Positions 41,015 to 48,210 of a stretch of DNA of 64,000 nucleotides are shown here, piece after piece; the stretch's first letter is position 1, and each line of letters starts with the position of its first letter. Source of the DNA: Bacilli bacterium (GTDB taxonomy: Bacteria; Bacillota_I; Bacilli_A; RFN20; CAG-826). The notes beneath the pieces were generated by a model. That model did not search any database and was not told where the DNA came from. It saw nothing but the letters and a program-made list of their open reading frames with translations. The translations under genes were made by a program, and so were the position numbers. Location: contig JBGULD010000060.1 in the NCBI GenBank assembly GCA_045114745.1, forward strand, positions 676 through 64,675, given 5' to 3'.

Positions 41015-41968
41015 TCAAGCTTCTCCTTTTATATATAAAGACACAGGTACTTCAATTTTCCTGACATCAGTATTTTTCTCTTTGATTATATCAAATAATA
41101 TATCAACTGCATTCTTTGCAACATCATTAAAGTTATAACGAATAGAAGTCATGGATTCAAAGAATGGTAATTCGCTATGGATACTATCGAATCCGACGAT
41201 TTCCATTTTTAAACTATTTTCTTCAACGTGTCTCTTTAAGATTGTGGCAACCACATCGTTAAAGCAGAATACCGCTTCAACACCTTCGTTAGCGACATCA
41301 TTTAAAATGTCACCAACTTCAAATTCATCACTATAAGTTTTGCTAATCACATTCTTTTGATTGAATTCTGAGATTAAACCATTGTAACGACGAGATGAGT
41401 TCTCAATCATTTCCGGATATAAATATAAAATCTTTTGGTAATTCTTTTCTTTGAAGTATTTGCCCACAAGAGCGCCACCACCAAAGTCATCGGTATATGA
41501 AGAAGAAATGTTGTGTTTCGATAAACGTCCCACTAGTACAGTAGGCACACGATTATATTTAATATTTGATAAGACTTGTTCATCAACATCTAAGAATGAT
41601 AAAACCCCATCGACATCAAGTTTTAATAACTCTGCATAGTTCTTTGCGTCAATGGAATATTTGTTGCATGGGAAAATGACAGTATCATATCCCTTTCCTT
41701 TAATAAGGGAGAATAATTTCTCCACCATGATGGTGAAATAAGGATTGATGAGATTGTCATAAACAAGAGCGATCGTCTTTGTTTTGCCAGTCTTCAATTT
41801 CACCGCTAAGGAGTTGGGAACATAACCAAGTTCTACGGCTTTGTTTCTAATTCTCTCTTTGAGAGGTTCGGAAATATCATCCATATCTCTTAGAGCATGA
41901 GAAACCGTATTGACGGACACATTTAAAGAATCCGCAATGTCTTTTTGACGAACTATGTTGTTCTTCAT
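41015..41968 (-). CDS. LacI family transcriptional regulator
   Basis: 317 aa; N-terminal HTH KDIADSLNVSVNTVSHALRD..RNKAVELGYVPN followed by a sugar-binding-protein-like core; first gene of ABC operon B. Confidence 0.9.
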   Translation of the reverse strand: MKNNIVRQKDIADSLNVSVNTVSHALRDMDDISEPLKERIRNKAVELGYVPNSLAVKLKTGKTKTIALVYDNLINPYFTIMVEKLFSLIKGKGYDTVIFPCNKYSIDAKNYAELLKLDVDGVLSFLDVDEQVLSNIKYNRVPTVLVGRLSKHNISSSYTDDFGGGALVGKYFKEKNYQKILYLYPEMIENSSRRYNGLISEFNQKNVISKTYSDEFEVGDILNDVANEGVEAVFCFNDVVATILKRHVEENSLKMEIVGFDSIHSELPFFESMTSIRYNFNDVAKNAVDILFDIIKEKNTDVRKIEVPVSLYIKGEA

Positions 41969-41976
41969 ACAACTAT

Positions 41977-42004
41977 ATTCTATCTACATTATCGTTAATG
42001 TAAA
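41977..42004 (-). promoter_or_regulatory. Candidate lacI-operon promoter with overlapping LacI-type palindromic operator
   Basis: Minus strand TTTACA-N16-TAGAAT, -10 box ends 8 nt before the ATG, no SD. Palindrome ACATTAACGATAATGT (41986-42001; 7 of 8 arm pairs, central CG) overlaps the -35 box and spacer. Confidence 0.5.
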
Positions 42005-42072
42005 ACTATTTTTTGCTATCCATGTTTTTAAAAGAAACATATTTTACATTTATTGAATAATTTTGAAGCAGC

Positions 42073-42100
42073 AAAAAACGCGATGGAATTTCACCGCGTT
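42073..42100 (-). terminator. Rho-independent terminator downstream of the zinc-ribbon gene pair
   Basis: ACGCGATG / CACCGCGT hairpin (one mismatch) flanked by an A-run on the plus strand (T-run on the minus strand). Confidence 0.6.
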
Positions 42101-42118
42101 TTTGTTCATTGAAGTAGA

Positions 42119-42859
42119 TTATTTTGCTTCTTCTTTGGGTTCTTTTGGTTCCTTTTCCTCTTCTTCTTTTTTCTCTTTCTCTTTCTTTTCTTTTTCCGCT
42201 TTGAGTTTTTTGTTCTTCTCAAATTCAATTTGAGCATTCTTTAAGCTCTTGGAGAAAGTGACAAAGAGAATATTCATTGGAATAGAGGCAAATAAAAGCA
42301 AGAATGATAAGAATACAAAACCATTATATGGTTGAGCATGGAAGAAGCTTGAAGCTATGATAAATATTCCGGATCCTAAGGAGCAAACCATTGCCGCAAC
42401 GGCTTTCTTGCGAAGTAAAAGGAATAATCCAAATAACAATAATCCGACACCCGCTAAAGCGATTGAGACTATATAATTTGGATTGATTTCTCCGAATTCA
42501 TAATATTGAGCATCGAGGAAGATCGCGGATATCACAATATAAAAGACTGCGACAAGAGAGTTGACGATGCCAAAAATCATCGCAAGTGTGAAAAATCTTT
42601 TAACGGTTCTTTTGCGACCTTCAATATATTTTTCATCAATCACCACTGGTTTTGGTGCTGGTGCTGGTTTGGGTTGTTGAGGGGCAGGTTGCGCCTGAAC
42701 TGGTTTCACCTCTTGAGAGGCATTATTGGCTGGTTGAGGAGAGACTTGTTGTGGGGCTACTTGTTGAGGGGTTGCTACAACAACTCTTTCACCACATTTG
42801 GTACAAAACTTGGCACCTGGTCTTAAAGGTGCACCACATTTACTACAAACTTGTGCCAT
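42119..42859 (-). CDS. Zinc-ribbon membrane protein with Pro/Gln-rich linker, 4 TM segments and Lys/Glu-rich tail
   Basis: MAQVCSKCGAPLRPGAKFCTKCGERV; PQQVAPQQVSPQP..PAPQQPKPAPAPKP; four hydrophobic helices; C-terminal KKLKAEKEKKEKEKKEEEEKEPKEPKEEAK. Confidence 0.6.
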   Translation of the reverse strand: MAQVCSKCGAPLRPGAKFCTKCGERVVVATPQQVAPQQVSPQPANNASQEVKPVQAQPAPQQPKPAPAPKPVVIDEKYIEGRKRTVKRFFTLAMIFGIVNSLVAVFYIVISAIFLDAQYYEFGEINPNYIVSIALAGVGLLLFGLFLLLRKKAVAAMVCSLGSGIFIIASSFFHAQPYNGFVFLSFLLLFASIPMNILFVTFSKSLKNAQIEFEKNKKLKAEKEKKEKEKKEEEEKEPKEPKEEAK

Positions 42860-42862
42860 AAC

Positions 42863-43231
42863 TTATTTCAACTTTGCTCCGCATTCACCGCAGAAATCCA
42901 TATCATCATCGATTGGAGCGCCGCAAGATGGGCATTGTTTTGCTGGTGCTGATGCCACCATGGCAACTCTTCCACCACCTTTAACTGCTAAAGCGGAAAC
43001 TGTGACTGTTAAACCGCCTTGCCAGGTCACTCTCATATCGCTTAATTCATAACCCGCACCTAAAGCAGCGAGTTCTTCATTCAATCGATCTTTGGCTTGA
43101 TTCAAGACTTTGTTTTGTTTCTTGAGATAGTTTTTGGACTCAATACCTAAAATCATCGTAAAGCCACGACAAATCATGGTGAAAAGACCGATTCCACTAT
43201 TCGCGGACGCAATTAAAACTTTTTGTTCCAT
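42863..43231 (-). CDS. Small YbjQ/UPF0145-like domain protein with C-terminal zinc ribbon
   Basis: 122 aa; ..AKDRLNEELAALGAGYELSDMRVTWQGGLTVTVSALAVKGGG resembles the YbjQ-family core (weak); C-terminal CPSCGAPIDDDMDFCGECGAKL. AGGAG SD. Confidence 0.4.
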   Translation of the reverse strand: MEQKVLIASANSGIGLFTMICRGFTMILGIESKNYLKKQNKVLNQAKDRLNEELAALGAGYELSDMRVTWQGGLTVTVSALAVKGGGRVAMVASAPAKQCPSCGAPIDDDMDFCGECGAKLK

Positions 43232-43324
43232 ATATAACTCCTTGTTAAAAGTATAACTAATATTATTTTATTCATTTTCAAAATATGAGGAAAAATATTT
43301 TCGCTATTTTTGATTATTAAAAAG

Positions 43325-43352
43325 AAAAACGCGATGGTCTTTTCATCGCGTT
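43325..43352 (-). terminator. Rho-independent terminator downstream of the 43377 gene
   Basis: AACGCGATG-GTCTTTT-CATCGCGTT hairpin, followed on the minus strand by TTTTTCTTTTT. Confidence 0.7.
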
Positions 43353-43376
43353 TATTAGTAATTAATAGATGTTTAA

Positions 43377-45071
43377 TTATGCTGAAGGAAGGCAATATTT
43401 TGCCGCAGCAGTTTTAATAATTGCGGCCTTAGCATCAGTTAAATCATTTTGCCATGTGCATGTATTCGGAATAGCTTCTTCAAACATTCTATTATAGAAA
43501 CAACAAGCATAAAGATAACTGGTGGCTGGTTTGTTTGCGTCGGTAGTAATTTTACCATAACCAGCATCGACAAATGCATCAAACACTTCAACCCATGCAG
43601 AAGCGAAATCCATACTTTTAACACCCATATTGGTCGCCATTGTTTCTGCAGTTTCGGTATAGAATGCGCTCATTTCGGTATAGTTTTTACCAACACCCGT
43701 ACCGGTTGATGTGTAATTGATACCACCTAATTCATAATCTTTTTGAGTACTTGAACCTCTTGGAGCAAAAACATAAACATTTTCAGTTTCTGCCTTTAAG
43801 AGTGGCGCTATCGCAGCGGCTGCTGCCATTTCACTAGTATTAACAGCGGTGGAATTCGGTGTCATCCTTCGACTAACTTGAATGATAATAGCATCAAATT
43901 CGTATTGCTCTAATTTACTTCTAAGTTCAGCCCCTTTAGCGTATTCGGCTGATGTCATTTCATTCATTGTATAATCGCCGTCAAGAACACTATCAACATA
44001 AACATTCAAACCAATGTTTTCCATCAAAGTTGAATAATGGACGGCCGGACTATAAGAATCACGTAAAATATTTGGAGCACCAATTAATAAAACTCTTTGG
44101 TCGACATTATCAACTGGAGGAGTTGGCGCTGGATCATCTTTTGATGGAATTGGATCTAATGTAGGAACTACATGATCTATCATTGTTTGATCTGCAATTT
44201 CTTGTAAAGTAGATGCATAACTTAAGTTATAAGTATAACGAGCACCAGAGATTCTTTCGTTGAACATGGTGTCAAAAATTGTACAAGCAATCAAATAAGA
44301 ACCAGCGGGAGATGGGTGTTGCTCATCAGTGTGATAAAGATTAATTTCGCTTAGTGGGTGTTCCGCAATACAGTTTTCGTATGCATAACCCGCTCTGATG
44401 ATTTTTCTACCACCCAATCTTTGTGAAACGGCTTCACCGAAGTAGTTCATAAAGTTGCAGTGAGCAGATCTACCAATTGCATGTGTTCCATCTTTAGGAG
44501 CATTGATACCTTCTTGATGATAAACACCGGTTTCACCAGTATTTAATCCCCAAACTGAATAGATGAGAGTTTCCGCACCAGCGGCAACCGCTAATTCATC
44601 CAAGACTTCTGCGGCATCAAGTTCTGCATTAAAGACTGTATCTTCAAATGGAGTCGCTCTTCTTGATGGCTCGATAATGACATAGTCCCATGTTTCGGTT
44701 GTTAATTTGTAGTGGGCTTGGTAGCCAATATCCACTGAAGTGGATGCAAATAATGACATGGTACATGATCCTTGTGTTAACGCTTCTGCATGAACAGGAA
44801 TACCTTGAGCATTAGCTAAGGTTTGGAAAATTGTTGGCATATCATTAAAGAACACTAAACTGTTACCCAAGAATAAAACTCTATATGGGTTGTTAGGATC
44901 CCTATCATGAGGATTCTCAGTAGATGTACCTGGATTTCCACTATCTTCGGAAGATGTTGGTGTGGTATCTGTAGTTGAACCAGGATTCGATGGATTGGTT
45001 TTTGTATTACATGCGGTCAATAAGCCAAATGCACAAAGACCAACGAATATTGATTTCCAAATTTGTTTCAT
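43377..45071 (-). CDS. Lipoprotein with tandem DUF4886/SGNH-like domains (first canonical, second lacking catalytic Ser and His)
   Basis: Lipobox LTAC; domain 1 YRVLFLGNSLVFFNDMPTIF..HTDEQHPSPAGSYL; domain 2 QRVLLIGAPNILRD..TTDANKPATSYL. Start set to MKQIW (45071), 9 nt from AAGGAG. Confidence 0.7.
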   Translation of the reverse strand: MKQIWKSIFVGLCAFGLLTACNTKTNPSNPGSTTDTTPTSSEDSGNPGTSTENPHDRDPNNPYRVLFLGNSLVFFNDMPTIFQTLANAQGIPVHAEALTQGSCTMSLFASTSVDIGYQAHYKLTTETWDYVIIEPSRRATPFEDTVFNAELDAAEVLDELAVAAGAETLIYSVWGLNTGETGVYHQEGINAPKDGTHAIGRSAHCNFMNYFGEAVSQRLGGRKIIRAGYAYENCIAEHPLSEINLYHTDEQHPSPAGSYLIACTIFDTMFNERISGARYTYNLSYASTLQEIADQTMIDHVVPTLDPIPSKDDPAPTPPVDNVDQRVLLIGAPNILRDSYSPAVHYSTLMENIGLNVYVDSVLDGDYTMNEMTSAEYAKGAELRSKLEQYEFDAIIIQVSRRMTPNSTAVNTSEMAAAAAIAPLLKAETENVYVFAPRGSSTQKDYELGGINYTSTGTGVGKNYTEMSAFYTETAETMATNMGVKSMDFASAWVEVFDAFVDAGYGKITTDANKPATSYLYACCFYNRMFEEAIPNTCTWQNDLTDAKAAIIKTAAAKYCLPSA

Positions 45072-45095
45072 AGAAATCATCTCCTTTAAAAATAT

Positions 45096-46346
45096 TTATA
45101 AAATTTCTGGATGGACACAATATGCTAGAACTTCTTCTCTAATAAAACCGAGAGCACCGGCAGAAGCACCGGCTCTGTAGGTAACATAGCTAGGAACCAA
45201 GCGATTAAAGAAGGTTGAATATAAAACGTATCCAAACAATAGATGCTTACTAGCATTAACGAAAGAATGTTTGTTGGCATATGATGCGAATGGAGTAGAT
45301 AAATACATTGGCTTTCCATCAACAACCGTTGCCATTTGATCTGCTAAATCAGCATAATATTCAGCCATTTCTTGAAGTGTTTTTTCTTCGCTATTTGCTG
45401 TTTTGGAATATGAACTTCCACCACTATCAGTAAATATTGATGGGTTTTCAGTGCACCAAGGTGCCAACATATAAATATCATCTGTTTCAGCATGAAGAAG
45501 ATCTTTAATTGCGGCCAGTGAAGTGAGTTCCTTAGACTCAACGTCGGTTGCACTAGGCGTAATACGACGTGGAATTTGGAGAACAATAGTGTCATATTCA
45601 CCATTATTCAAAGCATTTCTAAATCTTTTGCCGCCTGTTGTAGACGCGTTGGCTAGAATTTGGAATTCGTGTGTGGGAATAGATTGGAAGGTATAGGTAG
45701 CAGTATTTCCTAATTCATTCATAATTTCAATATATGAATCCGCAACCCAAACAGGAGCATCAGAATGGTCTGAATCAACAACATTGCAGACATCAGTTGA
45801 ACCAATAATTAAAACATTATGTGAAGTAACTGGTGCTACACAATCATATTTGATTCTTAATTCAGGAGTTGTAAATGAACCAGCTGTAACTTGAATATCA
45901 AAATATGGGGTGTTGATTGCTTGTTCAATGGTTTCGCCATCATCGGCTTGTGTAACTAGACCTTCAACACTATTGAAAGTGTAGGTGAAGTCGGCTGTTC
46001 CAACGGAAGTAAAACCGATAGATTTGAAGCTACCACCAATCATACCTTCAGCAGAGATGGAATCACCAGATTCGGCTGAAAATACTAATTTACTTCCAAC
46101 CCCAAAAACTAAGTTTGCACCACTAACGGTGATGTTTGTGTAATTGAATGTATTTCCGTTAACAATAACACTACCGCTACCTGAAGTTATGTTTGAAGCA
46201 TTAAAAGCAAGTGTTTGTCTATAATCGGTTGGCGTTGTCGCATTAACTAAGCTCTTTTGCTTCGATGTGAATGCAATTGCGGTAGCTGTAACGCTCAAAG
46301 CTAAAGCACCAATACTGAGACACAAAAACAATTTCTTTTGTTTCAT
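45096..46346 (-). CDS. Signal-anchored protein: shared N-terminal module + SGNH-like domain related to domain 2 of the 43377 gene
   Basis: 416 aa; LAFNASNITSGSGSVIVNGNTFNYTNITVSGANLVF..IKYDCV; then HNVLIIGSTD..YDTIVLQIPRRITPSATDVESKELTSLAAIKDLLHAETDDIYMLAPW (compare FDAIIIQVSRRMTPNSTAVNTSEMAAAAAIAPLLKAETENVYVFAPRG). GGAGGA SD. Confidence 0.65.
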   Translation of the reverse strand: MKQKKLFLCLSIGALALSVTATAIAFTSKQKSLVNATTPTDYRQTLAFNASNITSGSGSVIVNGNTFNYTNITVSGANLVFGVGSKLVFSAESGDSISAEGMIGGSFKSIGFTSVGTADFTYTFNSVEGLVTQADDGETIEQAINTPYFDIQVTAGSFTTPELRIKYDCVAPVTSHNVLIIGSTDVCNVVDSDHSDAPVWVADSYIEIMNELGNTATYTFQSIPTHEFQILANASTTGGKRFRNALNNGEYDTIVLQIPRRITPSATDVESKELTSLAAIKDLLHAETDDIYMLAPWCTENPSIFTDSGGSSYSKTANSEEKTLQEMAEYYADLADQMATVVDGKPMYLSTPFASYANKHSFVNASKHLLFGYVLYSTFFNRLVPSYVTYRAGASAGALGFIREEVLAYCVHPEIL

Positions 46347-46379
46347 AGGATTTCCTCCAAAATATATTAAATCATTTTA

Positions 46380-46443
46380 ATTTTAATAAGCGTGTATGAA
46401 TTAAACAATTGACTTTATTGCTAAAAAAGTACAGTATTTTGCT
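46380..46443. promoter_or_regulatory. Back-to-back divergent promoters with conserved TTGCTA direct repeats (cassette 1)
   Basis: Plus strand TTGACT (46409-46414)-N17-CAGTAT (46432-46437)-6 nt-ATG. Minus strand TTGTTT (rc of 46403-46408)-N17-TAAAAT (rc of 46380-46385). TATTGCTA at 46416-46423 and TTTTGCTA at 46437-46444. Aligns gap-free with 52875-52938. Confidence 0.6.
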
Positions 46444-48207
46444 ATGGAGAAGACAAAACCTAATACTTCCTATAGCTGGTTGGGCAATACCAAAAACATC
46501 TATGCTCAAGAAGATATTGTCTATTCACCTTTTTTATATGGCGCAAAAAGAATAGGTATTTTTGAAATTAAACCAAAAGAAGAAATCCGATTAATCTCTT
46601 ATCCATCACAGTACTTCTTCATCATTGTTAATAATGGGACTCTTAGATTTAAACAAAATGATTTAGAAATAGATATCAAAGAAGGAGAGGCATTATTTCG
46701 TGATGCTTCTATAAATTCTGTTTGGGTATCCGCAGATAATGAAAAAGTTGATTGCATGTATTTTTTATTAACAGGAAGCAACATTTCCTTTTTCTATTCT
46801 GAATACGAAAGACGTTCAAATTTGATAATCAAAATTACCGAATCCATTGATAAAATCATTAAACAAATAATAAATGAAGCTAAAGAGGAAACTCTCAATA
46901 AACGAGCATTTTCAATTCTTCTATATTCTTTGTTTTTAGAAATAATTAATCCTTTCGAAGTTCAAACCGTTAATATTACACAAAAAGCTATTGATTATAT
47001 TGAAAGAGAATATCAAAACGATAATTTATCAGTTCAAGATTTAGCGAATTATCTTCACATCTCTTATCACTACTTCTGTCATTTATTCAAACAAGAAAAC
47101 CATATATCACCACAAAAATATATTGCTAAATATCGTTTGAATAGGGCCTTACAATTATTAAAAACAAGCAATCTTGCAATTGAAGATATATTCATCAATG
47201 TCGGATTTAAGAACAAGCAATCTTTTATTAAGGAATGCAAAGAAGAAACCGGTTTGCTCCCATCTGATTATCGAAAGAAGAATAGGCCAATATCCTTAAA
47301 AGCCAAACAAACTAAAAAGATCACATTTACTAATGTCAGTAATATTGGCGATCCATGTATTATTGTGGAAGATAATAAATATTATATGTTCACCACCGCT
47401 AGGAATGGTGGCAATTTAAACTGTTATGTTAGTGATGATATGAAGTATTACAACTTTGTGGGTGAAACAATAGATAAGAATAAATCTTTTGGAAAGATAG
47501 ATTTCTGGGCTCCAGAAGTCATTAAATATAATAATGAATTTTACCTGTTTTATTCCGCAAGAGATAAAGAAGGAACTATTCATATTAATGTCGCCAAATC
47601 ATCAATTATTACTGGGCCATATATTGATTTAAATCAAAATAGACCTTTATTAAATTTAGATAAGGACACAACTGATGGATATCCATTTATCGATAAAGAT
47701 GGAAGAACGTATTTATTCTTCGTTTTAAATTGCACAACTAATGTTATTGAAAACAAACACATTTCCCAAATCTGCGTTGTAGAAATAGAAAAGGATTTCT
47801 CATCCACAAAAGGAGATATCCATATATTGCTCACACCATCGGAAAAATGGGAACTAAAATCTCCAAATAATTATTTTAGAAATGAATCGCCAGGAGTGGT
47901 TTATAAAGACGGAACCTATTTCCTTACCTATTCCGCGAACAACCATCGTGATATCAATTATTGCAGTGGTCTAGCAAAGAGTAAAAACATATTAGGACCA
48001 TATATTAAGAACAAGGAACCAATCGCAAAGAGAATTGAAGGAGTGATATCTTCTCCCGGACACATTTCATATTTTTATGATTTAAAAGGTAACTTTAAAT
48101 GTGCCTATCACATTCTTTCCAACATTAAACAAAACACGTCTGATAGGCGAGCTTGCATATCTTCTGTTTACATAGAAAATAATGAATTGATAATTGATTA
48201 TAAATAA
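46444..48207 (+). CDS. Three-domain regulator: cupin-like sensor + AraC-type HTH + C-terminal GH43 domain
   Basis: 587 aa, no signal peptide; HTH LSVQDLANYLHISYHYFCHLFKQENHISPQKYIAKYRLNRALQLL..GFKNKQSFIKECKEETGLLPSDYR; GH43 motifs NIGDPCIIVEDNKYYMF, FWAPEVIKYNNEFYLFYSA, TTDGYPFIDKDGRTYLFF, RNESPGVVYKDGTYFLTYSA. Confidence 0.85.
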   Translation: MEKTKPNTSYSWLGNTKNIYAQEDIVYSPFLYGAKRIGIFEIKPKEEIRLISYPSQYFFIIVNNGTLRFKQNDLEIDIKEGEALFRDASINSVWVSADNEKVDCMYFLLTGSNISFFYSEYERRSNLIIKITESIDKIIKQIINEAKEETLNKRAFSILLYSLFLEIINPFEVQTVNITQKAIDYIEREYQNDNLSVQDLANYLHISYHYFCHLFKQENHISPQKYIAKYRLNRALQLLKTSNLAIEDIFINVGFKNKQSFIKECKEETGLLPSDYRKKNRPISLKAKQTKKITFTNVSNIGDPCIIVEDNKYYMFTTARNGGNLNCYVSDDMKYYNFVGETIDKNKSFGKIDFWAPEVIKYNNEFYLFYSARDKEGTIHINVAKSSIITGPYIDLNQNRPLLNLDKDTTDGYPFIDKDGRTYLFFVLNCTTNVIENKHISQICVVEIEKDFSSTKGDIHILLTPSEKWELKSPNNYFRNESPGVVYKDGTYFLTYSANNHRDINYCSGLAKSKNILGPYIKNKEPIAKRIEGVISSPGHISYFYDLKGNFKCAYHILSNIKQNTSDRRACISSVYIENNELIIDYK

Positions 48208-48210
48208 TAA

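Noticed and set aside
42506-43052. Three overlapping plus-strand ORFs (106, 69 and 84 aa)
   Set aside because: They lie antisense to the zinc-ribbon genes. They arise from the stop-poor complement of the Pro/Gln/Ala-rich and Lys/Glu-rich coding regions.
42119-43231. The zinc-ribbon pair as a toxin-antitoxin or defence module
   Set aside because: No nuclease, ATPase or toxin-like motif is present. One partner is a polytopic membrane protein with low-complexity regions, so there is nothing to support such a call.
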